Origin: Macrostomum hystrix
Taxonomy: Eukaryota; Animalia; Platyhelminthes
Assembly (NCBI GenBank): GCA_950097015.1
Contig: CATNEN010000037.1
Coordinates: forward strand, 4,154,001 to 4,218,000
Reading direction: 5' to 3'
DNA: 64,000 nt
The notes below the pieces were generated by a model, which was not told the origin of the DNA, ran no database searches, and saw only the letters and a list, made by a program, of their open reading frames with translations. Positions 1 through 19,762 of this stretch are shown one piece after another. The first letter of the stretch is position 1, and each line of letters starts with the position of its first letter. The translations under genes and the position numbers were made by a program.

Positions 1-289
1 ATGGATAAATAAGGATATATTACTTACTAGAAAAATAAACTTTTGCATTTTGTTAGGCCTAGTAGGCCTACATACAAGGCTTATTCCAATTATAACCAAA
101 ATCCATGGGGAAATTAGTTTCATGTCAAACAAAACTATAAGGATGGAAGACTGGTTTGATTAAACAAAAATATGCTTGGTTAGCTACACTGTAGCTAGTT
201 ATAGTTTTATTAGTTTTTTTTGTAAAATAATACTAATTTATATTTAATTAGCTAATTGCCTATATAAATATATGGCTATTAGCATTAGC

Positions 290-861
290 GGCAATCCTAC
301 ACTTCCGTTCGGTAAATTATTTTCACATTTGAATTCGTACCACCGAGTCAAATGACGTCGATTGGCAATGTGTCTATGGCCAAAAGTTTGAGCAAACAGA
401 GTTTAAAGGGGTGTCCATTTAAGGGAGCTGTTGCTTGTGAGCTGCTTGTTTTATTGAGCTTCAATTTCTCATATCTCATATTGGCTACACTTCGTAGATC
501 CAGCGGACCCAACAGTCCACACCAACACCGTGGAGGGCACATGGGCCCACGCGAAGTGCAAGATCCGCAACATGCATGGCACGAGCGACACTCTCTTTGA
601 TGCACACATTGAGGAATTTATCTGGTGTCGTCTGTATCCCCAATGTCCATTTGGGGCTAGGCCCTATCCTGTACTGGATTGGACATTACTATCCATTGTA
701 GACACCTTAATGACCTGCAGACACACGTTAAGTGACTATGCGCTCTAACAGACTGCTACCATGTTCCACTGTTTCAGTTTTGTTTGGTTACATTGTTATT
801 TAACACGCCTGTTCAAAATTCAGTGTCAAAATAATTTACTGAACGGAAGTGTAGGATTGCC
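290..861 (+). mobile_element. Non-autonomous Merlin (IS1016/IS1595-like) DNA transposon, 572-bp deletion derivative
   Basis: About 38-bp TIRs starting GG (ggcaatcctacacttccgttcggtaaattattttcaca / tgtcaaaataatttactgaacggaagtgtaggattgcc). 8-bp TSD gcattagc (282-289) / gtattagc (862-869). Internal + frame reads HFVDPADPTVHTNTVEGTWAHAK..MHGTSDTLFDAHIEEFIW, matching the Merlin/ISXO2 transposase C-terminus. Confidence 0.85.
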
Positions 862-3514
862 GTATTAGCTATATTGTGAACTAGCCCCTTAAAAATGTTG
901 TGACATGTATATATATATATATATATATATAGGGCCTATATATATATAGCTGGTTACTACAACTCAAGTATTGTTTAGTTCCTAAAGACTCAGAGTATCA
1001 GACTTAACTCAGACTAAGGTCATATTTCAATGCTAAGGCTAGGCCTTTGACTCTGAGATAGGCTAACATAAAATTGTACTAGATCACTTAGCATTATGGA
1101 AAAAGTCATACAAATTGTATAGTATAAGCCCATACTATCAGCCTTAAAGTTTATGCAGCCAATGCAGGGCCAGCAAAAGAAAAACTTTACAAAGCAAAAA
1201 CCAAATGACCTTACCTTCAGCATATTTTGCTTTTGCCATTTTTGTAATGAGTCAGGCAATAATGACAAGTTCAAAAGTAGGGCAGTCTTAAGTCAAAATA
1301 GGCAATAACTGAAAATAGAAACTAGCTTTGCTTGCCTGTATTTATTGTTCTAAAGGGTCAGTCAATGTAATAAATTAGGCCTAGCTAGGCCTAGTATAAG
1401 AATGAAATGGGTATATAGACTAATGTATTAGGCCAATAGACTAACTCAGCAATAAATTTCGAAACTGTTTTATTTTGTATATTAGCTAGATACGATTATT
1501 GATCTTTTCTATATAGCTGAAATGAAAGCACGAGGCATAATAAAAACCATGCAAATTGAAACGATTTTTCTGTAGTCTTAGCTAGCAGAAAGGCGACTTA
1601 GCTAGCTGTAGCTGACAATAGGCCTAAGGCACAGCTAGACAAAAATTCGCAATTCAATATTTCTGTAGCTAAATAGCTAAGCATAGGCAGCTCTAGAATT
1701 AATTGTAGACCTAATCTCCCAGACTCATCATTAAACGCCTATAACAGTGTATCTAAATATTCCATTGCGATGTACCAAAAATTGAAAACATGCTTTTAAA
1801 AGCTGCAACACGATACAAACGCGCTACACAATAAGGAAAATAATACGACTAAAGTGCTAAGAAAAAAAATAGACTTGCGTGTTGCACGGTGCTTGCGACT
1901 GTTTCCTTCTACCTTTGAATAGTCTTTGTTCCTATAAAAATTTTCTGTATAGGCCTCATGAAAAAGTTATGCTTAATGCTCGAGTACACATTATTTATGT
2001 GCCACTTGTAACCATTGAAGGACAAGAATACAAGATTATGTCGGTTATGCTCCCGGAATTATTAGGTTCTTTAGCAAAATGTACTTCTGTTTTTGGGCCC
2101 TGTTGTTATAATAAAGCAGACTACAATCGGAAGGCGTAATTCTATCTCCTATTAACTTCCACTATTTAATAAATTTTGAATGAATGAAAAGAGTAGATAA
2201 ATTTTTACTTTAAAAGGATCACTTCGGAACCCTGTGCGAATGCGTTTCGACAATGGGCCTCGTATTTCCGCGCAGAATGGCAGCGCCCAGATCACAGGAA
2301 GATGCAGCTCTATAGTACCTCAGGAACGAAGGCTCCCAGCGTCTGGACGCAAACCAGGCGTACGTCGTGCCTGTCGCCCAGGACTGCGTATTTGGCGGCT
2401 TTGCGCGCCTCAGACGCGGCAGCCGGAACCTGGCGGAAGCAGACAGAATATGATTAGTAGCGCAGTTTTTCAATGACTGCATCCCAGGTCCTCGGCCGTC
2501 GCCGCTTTACCGATGCAACAGTTAGTCACGTGCCTCTTGGCTCGAGGATCACAGGGAAAACCCGCCTCGCTGAGCAGTCGTGAATGCGGGCGTTCAGCTT
2601 ATCGTGCCGGTGGTGCCGCTAGATGCCGCTGCTGCAGGATAGAGATTGGGTCGTACGTACGTGTCTCCCAAAACGGGTGATTCTTTACAAGCCCGACCTG
2701 GTTGGTCATCTCGAGGTGTACTCCAACAGGATCACTCATCAACGACCACAACAGATGATAGTGGCCCAGGCTTCGCGCGCCAGGCACTATCCTCAGTCCG
2801 TCTACAACCAGCAGCTCATCGGCGCGGCTCCGAGCGCCAAATGTGCGAAGTGTGCGGTTTGTCTGCCGCGACCAACTCCCTCTGGTCAGTTTCCCGGCCC
2901 TTGATGTTATGCGGGTATTGTGTATCGGTATCTTTTGTGTCAATCATATGGCCGATGAACGCCTGGTGGCGCGACTCTTGGAGGCCAGCTGAATTGGGTC
3001 GTCCTTCAAGTGAGTCACACTCAGAAATTAACAATTGCATCGTCGCTCGAATGAACATTGAACGTCCACGTGGCTATCGAGTGCGCGGCCCTGGATGGAG
3101 TCATGGCACGAAAGCTATTCGTTATGCTTTATGAGTCTTTATGACATGCACTTCCCTAGCTAGCCATCACCTAGATGCTAGATGTTAGATACTATGCAGA
3201 TGCTAGCTAAGCTAGAGAAGTCGCTAGCTGTGCAGGCAATAGAATTAATTTAAGTTTTACGATTTTTCTGTTTTTCTTAACCATAAACAAGCGTTTATCT
3301 CGAGCTGAATCGATATTATGGATAGGGAATTTCAATCCGTGTAACATAGCAACAAGTGTGCATGCGCAAATGTGAGTTATATTTCAGATTTTTTATCCCA
3401 TTTCCGGAGAACATTGGGCAATAAACTATATTCGTGCAGTCGCGCTACATTAAAAAAATATGCCTTGCGTGAATCCACGAAAAAGTGCGAAATTCTAATG
3501 TCTCCTCTCAGTGC

Positions 3515-3548
3515 AGTTAGGGTTAGGGTTAGTGTTAGGGTTAGGGTA
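3515..3548 (+). repeat. Short interstitial (TTAGGG)n-like tract
   Basis: gttagggttagggttagtgttagggttagggt, about 5 units, one degenerate. Confidence 0.7.
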
Positions 3549-4237
3549 ACTGCGTGTACATGCCACGAAGCTGTGTCCTATATGCTTGTGCATTGAAGTC
3601 TGCGGGCAACATACAATCATGCTACATCAGGTGTCACAAAAGCTGCTCAGTGCAGAAATAATTAAAGACAGTCACGAGCTCTTCTTTTAGTCTTCCTAAA
3701 GCAGGCACCATCTGCGGTCCCCTCTCTGTGAATCGCTGCATATATGCAGGAGAGTGCTAGTGTAGCTGCGACTAGCAACTGATCTTCTCGCATCCTCGTG
3801 ATATTGAAGGGGCCTTGTAAACACCAACTAAAAATAATAGATGCATGTTGCTGTTCTAGAGTCGTCTCCTACTATCCTTGCCGCTTACTTAAGTCTATCC
3901 GTGCAGTTCCTTTCTTGCTGCGAGCTGCAGGGAGCTCGCTAAAAGAAGAAATGACGCAAGCATGCACACAACACACGTCAGAGTATACGATGAAGCACTA
4001 GCTGTATATAGGGCAAGGAGAAGAAACGGAATAGAAATTGAACGCCACAGATTTAGAGATGAAAGACGCCTGGAAAAGCATTAAGTAGTCCTCGCTATAG
4101 ACTTGCAACAGTTGCTCCTGCAAGCACGCGAGCTTGTCTTTATGAAAAACTGTGATTTGTGCTTGTTCCGGATTAGCAAGCTAAAGCCGCTAATCTACTG
4201 CTAGCTCTTCGTGTCTTTTTTATTGCTTTAATTTCTT

Positions 4238-4567
4238 TAATAATAATAATATTTGCAGCAGAGCCGAGGGCAAAGGACATCATATAGTGACACTAGACCC
4301 GCAGCCAGCGAGGAGGCAATGCTACCCATTCCGCTGATTTCTGAGCACAACGCACACAGGTTGTGTACATCTGCCCTGACTTTCTCGTCGTCAGGCAGTG
4401 TACACTTCACTATGCTTTGGAGGTTGGCCCGCAAGGGTGTAAATTGCACGACAAGCCCCCAAGCCTTCTCTCAGCAGCTGCGCCCCAAATGAATGTGACC
4501 TTGCCACGGAATCGAGCTCAGGGACCTTGATGCGAGAGGCAAGCGTGTTAACCCGTCTGCCACTCAA
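4238..4567 (-). mobile_element. tRNA-derived SINE, family A copy 1
   Basis: Minus strand has a tRNA-like head (tggcagacgggttaacacgc...gagctcgattcc, A/B-box like), a body shared with 5578-5912 and 41452-41690, and a (TTA)n tail. Confidence 0.7.
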
Positions 4568-5135
4568 AGGTCGGGGGTTCGAATATTTTTTCGATGCCGT
4601 TGCACTTTATCCTGAAGACACTGCAAGCCTAGCCTCGACCAGTTAACTTTAATTTCAACCATCAAAGTTAGCGCAAAACGTCTGCGTTAATTGTTTCGAT
4701 TCAAAGCAATGAGTCAAAGAATAAGTAGTTACAGAAATGAAAACAATTATGAAATATTGCCTATGCAGTAATAAATATAAAAATAACAAATTGTACCATA
4801 CGTTGTCTGCAAATGAAACAATGCCTAGTCAATTACTTGTAGTTTTGCACGAGTTACAGAATTCATATGTCAGAATTCTCACACAAGCTTGTCGAGGAAA
4901 CCTTGATGAAAAAGTATGATGAGAGCGAATTTTCTGACGTGCAAACTGGAACACTTTTTAGCAGGCAAATTTATTTCTGTTCAATAATTTTGTTTTTTTT
5001 TCAATAAAAAGACAATTTCGATGGTTGGGTAAATTGACTAAAACTGACTTGTGCCAGACAAAGCAGCTGATGTACTTGCTTGGGGTCGATCGTTCATAGG
5101 TGACAACACTAAACCCGATACACTGTTATTATTTA

Positions 5136-5578
5136 AGAGGTGGGTGGGATTCTGAGGTGGGTGGGACACTGAGGTGGGTGGGATACTGAGGTGGGTGGGA
5201 TACTGAGGTGGATGGGATACTGAGGTGGGTGGGATACTGAGGTGGGTGGGATACTGAGGTCGATGGGATACTGAGGTGGGTGGGATACTGAGGTGGGTGG
5301 GATACTGAGTTTGGGTGGGATACTGAGGTTGGGTGGGATACTGATGTTGGGTGGGATACTGATGTGGGTGGGATACTGAGGTGGGTGGGATACTGAGGTG
5401 GGTGGGACACTGAAGTGGGTGGGATACTGAGGTGGGTGGGACACTGAAGTGGGTGGGATACTGAGGTGGGTGGGATACTGAGGTGGGCGGGACACTGAGG
5501 TGGATGGGATACTGAAGTGGGTGGGATACTGAGGTGGGTGGGACACTGAAGTGGGTGGGATACTGAGGTGGATGGGAT
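5136..5578. repeat. 17-bp G-rich minisatellite (gaggtgggtgggatact)n, about 26 copies
   Basis: Direct tandem repeat abutting the tail of SINE A copy 2. Confidence 0.95.
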
Positions 5579-5912
5579 AATAATAGTAATTGCAAGATGG
5601 CTGCTGGAAATGGTTCATCATTTGGTGACACTAGACCCGCAGCCAGCGAGGAGGCAATTCTGCCAATTTCGCTGGCTCCTGAGCACACACGCACACAGAT
5701 ACCATATTCAGGCACGCACTCACACAGGTGTGTACTTTGTCTTCGTCAGGCAGTGTACAATTTCACTGTGCCTTGGAGGTTGGCCCTTAATGCGCAAATT
5801 GCATGCATGACAAGCCCCCAAGCCTTCTCTACGCGGCTGCGCCCCAAATGAATGTGGCATCGCCACGGAATCGATTTCAGGGACCTTGGTGCGAGTGGCA
5901 AACGTGTTAACC
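5578..5912 (-). mobile_element. tRNA-derived SINE, family A copy 2
   Basis: Clear similarity to 4287-4560 (gtgacactagacccgcagccagcgaggaggcaat ... ctgcgccccaaatgaatgt ... ggaatcga). Confidence 0.7.
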
Positions 5913-6277
5913 GCTTCTGCAGAGATGCGCTCTGCGTTAAACGCGTTAAACTAGGAAAAAGTTTAAAATGTTAATTTTATTTATGCTTAAATCAACAGAG
6001 AAGCAGTACAACACAGGGAAAAAATCTATGAATTTCGAGAGATCAGTCAGGATAGCTAAACAACTGACACAAGCCCATCTTGTGTAATATAGCAAGGGCA
6101 GCGCAGAGAAATAATTTTTGACCTCTAATAACCTATGCTTTTTCTTTTAAACCGCGTGGAGGGAAACATTTTTATTTATACTCGTAGTTTGAATTCTAGT
6201 ACGCAAAAACTAATTCACTATGCACTCTAAAATAGAAAATTACAAAAACAGCTTAGTGATAAATGAAGAATCAGGCG

Positions 6278-6470
6278 ATGAACCTGAAGAACCAGGAGTT
6301 GGCCTGAAGGAATCAGGGGATGACCTGAAGAACCTAGGGGATGACCTGAAGAACCAGTGGATGACCTGAAAAATCAGAGGATGAACTGAAGAATCAGGGG
6401 ATGAACTGAAGAATCAGGGGATGAACTGAAGAACCAGTGGATGAACTGAAGAATCAGACGATGGCCTGAT
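6278..6470. repeat. About 20-bp minisatellite (gatgaactgaagaatcaggg)n
   Basis: About 9 degenerate tandem copies. Confidence 0.85.
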
Positions 6471-6562
6471 ATTTTCTAAGTGTCCTAGTGCCGAACTTCC
6501 TATTCAACTTCCTCATTCTGAACTCCATGATCTGAGCTGACCTCCTCACAGTCCCTATGGCT

Positions 6563-12980
<6,418 letters not shown>

Positions 12981-13464
12981 CTGGGTGCGATGCGGAGTCG
13001 GGATGTGAGTACAGAGGACCTTTGTTTTAAAGCGAACACGCGGCTTCCACAGCACTCTTTCATTGGCTGTCAGGGCCTTCCCAATTATCCCCTTTTCTCT
13101 TACCCACTGGCAACAATTTTTTACTGTCTCTCTCTCTCTTCCGGCAGCTGAGACTAAAGCATTCAGTTCGGTCGGAGAAGCATCATCTGGATGGGACTAG
13201 AACAGTGAGACAGACAGCCAGAATTCAATGAGTGAGCCGAAACTAATTCATACAGTTTAGTTTTGTTGGCGTCAAATTGTTTAGAGACGCATAATGCGAG
13301 TGAAACAGCTCTCTGTGTGCCTCCGCTAGCTATTTGGAGGGCTAGGGGAATGGCAACGGCACTAGTGGGTCGCACAGCAGTTAGAGCGCTAGTCTATGAC
13401 ACATAGACATTGTCTTGCAAGCGGCAGTTTTAAGGCCTTAATACTAGGCCTTTAAGGCCTACGC

Positions 13465-13880
13465 TACTTGCTAGCGAAATGTAATACTACAGGTACTGCT
13501 TGCCAGCAAAATGTAATACTACACGTACTACTTGCTAGCGAAATGTAATACTACACGTACTAATTGCCAGCAAAATGTAATACTACAGGTACTGCTTGCC
13601 AGCAAAATGTAATACTACACGTACTATTTGCCAGCAAAATGTAATACTACACGAACTACTTGCCAGCAAAATGTAATACTACACGTACTACTTGCTAGCA
13701 AAATGTAATACTACACGTACTATTTGCCAGCAAAATGTAATACTACACGAACTACTTGCCAGCAAAATGTAATACTACACGTACTGCTTGCCAGCAAAAT
13801 GTAATACGACACGTACTACTTGCCAGCAAAATGTAATACTACACGTACTACTTGCCGGCAAAATGTAATACTACACGTAC
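13465..13880. repeat. 32-bp minisatellite (gcaaaatgtaatactacacgtactacttgcca)n
   Basis: About 13 copies. Confidence 0.95.
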
Positions 13881-14527
13881 TGGCATTAGGCCGACAACCT
13901 GGTTCGCAAGAGCGCAGAGACCCTGATGGCTAAATTTTCCAGAATAAACCCAAAATTTCAAAAGAATTTCAAAAATGTCATTCTTACTTCTGGTCGTTTG
14001 CTGCGGGTTCTCAAACTCGTAACTCACACGTATTCGGCGTGGTATCTATCATAGTTCCTTTAATTGCATGAAATTGACTCTTCGCAAAATAAGAGACGGA
14101 ATCACTCACGCAAAGCTTAAGTGAGGCGGCGGGGGTGGGTGAAAGCGAGAGAGACAGCCAATCACGCGAGCCGGGGGTGTGAAAACACTACTCAAGGTAG
14201 GGTGAGAGAGTGATGGTACAATCGCTATTGCAAGCGGAGGGCACGATTCACAACGATACAATCTGAGTCCTTTTCTGTTTTAGGTGAATCGATTGAAGCG
14301 ATAGTTTTACCTAACCCAGTTAGGCCACATGTACAGCCAGTGGGCCAGTGGCACAGCAGCAGCTATTGCACGGCGCTTCAAACTGCTGCGTACAGCTGAT
14401 CAATCGATGGACTGGGTGGCGTTACTATTGTTGAGCGTGTATTTTTGAGCCGAGTCTGTTTGGGCATCCTAAGAAAGCCACCAAGAATTACTGGTCTGAT
14501 AACAAAGCCGAAATTCGGTTTTCCCAT

Positions 14528-15692
14528 ACTGAAGGCGCTCCCTTTGTTGTCACCTCGACAGTAGCAAAAGCAGACCTTGCTCCTGAAGGCGCTCCCTTTG
14601 TTGTCACCTCGACAGTAGCAAAAGCAGACCTTGCTCCTGAAGGCGCTCCCTTTGTTGTCACCTCGACAGTAGCAAAAGCAGACCTTGCTCCTGAAGGCGC
14701 TCCCTTTGTTGTCACCTCGACAGTAGCAAAAGCAGACCTTGCTCCTGAAGGCGCTCCCTTTGTTGTCACCTCGACAGTAGCAAAAGCAGACCTTGCTCCT
14801 GAAGGCGCTCCCTTTGTTGTCACCTCGACAATAGCAAAAGCAGACCTTGCTCCTGAAGGCGCTCCTTTGTTGTCACCTCGACAATAGCAAAAGCAGACCT
14901 TGCTCCTGAAGGCGCTCCCTTTGTTGTCACCTCGACAATAGCAAAAGCAGACCTTGCTCCTGAAGGCGCTCCTTTGTTGTCACCTCGACAATAGCAAAAG
15001 CAGACCTTGCTCCTGAAGGCGCTCCCTTTGTTGTCACCTCGACAATAGCAAAAGCAGACCTTGCTCCTGAAGGCGCTCCCTTTGTTGTCACCTCGACAGT
15101 AGCAAAAGCAGACCTTGCTCCTGAAGGCGCTCCCTTTGTTGTCACCTCGACAGTAGCAAAAGCAGACCTTGCTCCTGAAGGCGCTCCCTTTGTTGTCACC
15201 TCGACAGTAGCAAAAGCAGACCTTGCTCCTGAAGGCGCTCCCTTTGTTGTCACCTCGACAGTAGCAAAAGCAGACCTTGCTCCTGAAGGCGCTCCCTTTG
15301 TTGTCACCTCGACAGTAGCAAAAGTAGACCTTGCTCCTGAAGGCGCTCCCTTTGTTGTCACCTCGACAGTAGCAAAAGTAGACCTTGCTCCTGAAGGCGC
15401 TCCCTTTGTTGTCACCTCGACAATAGCAAAAGCAGACCTTGCTCCTGAAGGCGCTCCCTTTGTTGTCACCTCGACAGCAGCAAAAGCAGACCTTGCTCCT
15501 GAAGGCGCTCCCTTTGTTGTCACCTCGACAATAGCAAAAGCAGACCTTGCTCCTGAAGGCGCTCCCTTTGTTGTCACCTCGACAGCAGCAAAAGCAGACC
15601 TTGCTCCTGAAGGCGCTCCCTTTGTTGTCACCTCGACAATAGCAAAAGCAGACCTTGCTCCTGAAGGCGCTCCCTTTGTTGTCACCTCGACA
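14528..15692. repeat. 54-bp minisatellite (gaaggcgctccctttgttgtcacctcgacagtagcaaaagcagaccttgctcct)n
   Basis: About 21 near-identical copies; the ORFs over it are repeat artefacts. Confidence 0.97.
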
Positions 15693-16391
15693 ATTGGAAA
15701 TCGCTGATGAAGAGTCTAAAGTGCAACAAGCCAAAAATGGCTCAGCTTCTTTCGTTTAAAAAAGTGCGAAATTGTTGTCGGTTCTTCACAAAGGCCATGA
15801 GTGCATCTCCTAATGCGCTGTTTCCGCGCATGTTGACGGTGCTGTCAAAACTTCTAGGGGGCTTACAGAACAAGCGAAGCGGCTGAGAGTTGCGCGCACC
15901 TGTTTCAGGTGTGTCTTTCAAGGCCTGAGGGGCTTCGATTTTGCACTGATTTCTTACTCAATTCTTTTTCCTGCAGGTCTGCGGGATGCTCGGAAGACTT
16001 ACGTGTCGTGTTAGAGTTTACACGACATCAATAATGCATTCACCGCAATGCTGAAAATGCAAGAAAATCGATATTGAAGACCGAGACCAATTTGGAATGG
16101 CCTTTCACGCTAAGCATTATAATTGCGGGCTGACTCAAATGATCGAATGACAGTTGAACTAGCACATAGCTCCTGCTATAGGGTAGTGCAGAGTGCTAAT
16201 TAAAATGGCTTGCAATTGCAATTGCAATGAATGAGCTAGTCACGAACTCATTCGTAACAAAAATTAAGCTACATAAACACGCTCGTGCATTGGCTGGAAA
16301 CGCCTAGCTGAAAAAATATAACGCAAAAGCTGCATTGGAAATGCATGTAAGGTACAGCTTGGTGTTAATTTCATGGAATGCATAGATTGGG

Positions 16392-19000
16392 GATTAGATT
16401 GGAGGGGATTACATTGGAGGGGATTGCTTGGAGGGGATTATATTGGAAGGGATTAGATTTGAGGGGATTGCTTGAAGGGGATTAGATTGGAGGGGATTGC
16501 TTGGAGGGGATTATATTGGAAGGGATTAGATTTGAGGGGATTACATTGGAGGGGATTGCTTGGAGGGGATTATATTGGAAGGGATTAGATTTGAGGGGAT
16601 TGCTTGAAGGGGATTAGATTGGAGGGGATTGCTTGAAGGGGATTAGATTGGAGGGGATTGCTTGGAGGGGATTAGATTGGAGGGGATTGCTTGGAGGGGA
16701 TTAGATTGGAAGGGATTAGATTTGAGGGAATAGATAGGAGGGGATTGCTTGAAGGGGATTGCTTGGAGGGGATTAGATTGGAGGGGATTGCTTGAAGGGG
16801 ATTAGATTGGAGGGGATTGCTTGAAGGGGATTAGATTGGAGGGGATTGCTTGGAGGGGATTATATTGGAAGGGATTAGATTTGAGGGGATAGATAGGAGG
16901 GGATTGCTTGAAGGGGATTGCTTGGAGGGGATTGCTTGGAGGGGATTAGATTGGAGGGGATTGCTTGGAGGGGATTAGATTGGAGGGGATTGCTTGGAGG
17001 GGATTAGATTGGAGGGGATTGCTTGGAGGGGATTAGATTGGAGGGGATTGCTTGGAGGGGATTAGATTGGAAGGGATTAGATTTGAGGGAATAGATAGGA
17101 GGGGATTGCTTGAAGGGGATTGCTTGGAGGGGATTGCTTGGAGGGGATTAGATTTGAGGGGATAGATAGGAGGGGATTGCTTGAAGGGGATTGCTTGGAG
17201 GGGATTGCTTGGAGGGGATTAGATTGGAGGGGATTGCTTGAAGGGGATAGATTGGAGGGGATTGCTTGGAGGGGATTAGATTTGAGGGGATAGATAGGAG
17301 GGGATTGCTTGGAGGGGATTGCTTGGAGGGGATTGCTTGGAGGGGATTAGATTGGAGGGGATTAGATTGGAGGGGATTAGATTTGAGGGGATAGATAGGA
17401 GGGGATTGCTTTGAGGGGATTAGATTGGAGGGGATTGCTTGGAGGGGATTAGATTGGAGGGGATTGGTTGGAGGGGATTAGATTTGAGGGGATTGCTTGG
17501 AGGGGATTAGATTGGAGGGGATTAGATTGGAGGGGATTAGATTTGAGGGGATAGATAGGAGGGGATTGCTTTGAGGGGATTAGATTGGAGGGGATTGCTT
17601 GGAGGGGATTAGATTGGAGGGGATTGGTTGGAGGGGATTGCTTGGAGGGGATTAGATTGGAAGGGATTAGATTGGAGGGGATTAGATTTGAGGGGATAGA
17701 TAGGAGGGGATTGCTTTGAGGGGATTAGATTGGAGGGGATTGCTTGGAGCGGATTAGATTGGAAGGGATTAGATTGGAGGGGATTAGATTTGAGGGGATA
17801 GATAGGAGGGGATTGCTTTGAGGGGATTAGATTGGAGGGGATTGCTTGGAGGGGATTAGATTGGAGGGGATTGGTTGGAGGGGATTAGATTTGAGGGGAT
17901 TGCTTGGAGGGGATTAGATTGGAGGGGATTAGATTGGAGGGGATTAGATTTGAGGGGATAGATAGGAGGGGATTGCTTTGAGGGGATTAGATTGGAGGGG
18001 ATTGCTTGGAGGGGATTAGATTGGAGGGGATTGGTTGGAGGGGATTGCTTGGAGGGGATTGCTTGGAGGGGATTAGATTTGAGGGGATAGATAGGAGGGG
18101 ATTGCTTGAAGGGGAATGCTTGGAGGGGATTGCTTGGAGGGGATTAGATTGGAGGGGATTGCTTGGAGGGGATTAGATTGGAGGGGATTGGTTGGAGGGG
18201 ATTAGATTGGAGGGGATTGCTTGGAGGGGATTAGATTGGAGGGGATTGCTTGGAGGGGATTAGATTGGAGGGGATTAGATTGGAGGGGATTAGATTGGAG
18301 GGGATTAGATTGGAGGGGATTAGATTGGAGGGGATTGCTTGGAGGGGATTAGATTGGAGGGGATTAGATTGGAGGGGATTGCTTGGAGGGGATTAGATTG
18401 GAGGGGATTGCTTGGAGGGGATTAGATTGGAGGGGATTGCTTGGAGGGGATTAGATTGGAGGGGATTGCTTGAAGGGGATAGATAGGAGGGGATTGCTTG
18501 AAGGGGATTGCTTGGAGGGGATTGCTTGGAGGGGATTAGATTGGAGGGGATTGGTTGGAGGGGATTAGATTGCAGGGGATTGCTTGGAGGGGATTAGATT
18601 GGAAGGGATTAGATTTGAGGGGATAGATAGGAGGGGATTGCTTGAAGGGGATTGCTAGGACGGGATTGCTTGGAGGGGATTAGATTTGAGGGGATAGATA
18701 GGAGGGGATTGCTTGAAGGGGATTGCTTGGAGGGGATTGCTTGGAGGGGATAGATTGGAGGGGATAGATTGGAGGGGATAGATTGGAGGGGATAGATTGG
18801 AGGGGATAGATTGGAGTGGATAGATTGGAGGCGATAGATTGGAGGGGATAGATTGGAGGAGATAGATTGGAGGAGATAGATTGGAGGGGATAGATTGGAG
18901 TGGATGGATTGGAGGGGATAGATTGGAGGGGATAGATTGGAGGGGATAGATTGGAGGGGATAGATTGGAGGGGATAGATTGGAGGGGATAGCTTGGAGGG
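16392..19000. repeat. 2.6-kb G-rich 14-15-bp satellite (ggaggggattagatt / ggaggggattgctt / ggaggggatagatt)
   Basis: Direct observation of interleaved unit variants. Confidence 0.97.
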
Positions 19001-19762
19001 AATCGATTGAAGCGGATTGCATTGATATAGTTTGGGGAGAATGGATTGGAGAGGATTGCATCGAGAGGACAGATTGGAGGGGATAGGTTGGTTATTAAAA
19101 GGTTTGGTGGGACTATGCGCCCCTTTTTAGATTTCAAGTATCGACCTATTTGCGGACACGCACGTGCATCTTGCTGTTGCTAAGGCTGGATGTAGGTTAA
19201 GCATTTTGAAATTTCATTGTTCTCATAAGAGTATTTAATTTCGTAACGTACTCCTTTGTTGCTCCCCGGATATTGTTGCTTATTAAAAATGTAGAAACAA
19301 TTGAAAATGCAATGTCGAAATTGCGAGGGAGAAATGCTGTGGGTAATTTGACCAAAAGAAGTAACTCCTTCATGAATCCACAACTGGTGCTCTCAAGTTA
19401 TACCGAATGACCAAGTGATTCACATCGGTTCTCAGTCGGCCCTATTTATTTAGCCATCGAGTGAGCAGGAAAATATGCAAAGATTCATTATTTAATGAAG
19501 CAATATTTGCTAGCCGAATATCCTACTGACAGTAGAAATAGCGGGTGATTGAGGAGATTAAGCACGCAGTGGACGATGCAAATGAAAATGAAATCTATTG
19601 GCACACTAAGCCATGGCGAGTAGCGTCTTCCATCTTCATGGGATTCCCTAAGATACTTTCATGACAGTTCACGCTACTAAATTTACTGGTAATGACAATA
19701 GGTTGATAATTTACACAAGTAACAGTCTAAAAAATAAAATAGCGAATTCAAGTCGCTTTTCC

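Noticed and set aside
13100-13200. Possible upstream exon of the C2 gene (SHPDDASPTELN...)
   Set aside because: Donor phase does not match the downstream acceptors; unsupported.
14488-15734. ORFs of 111-304 aa (TTKGAPSGARSAFATVEV repeats)
   Set aside because: Pure 54-bp tandem repeat with no unique flanking coding sequence.
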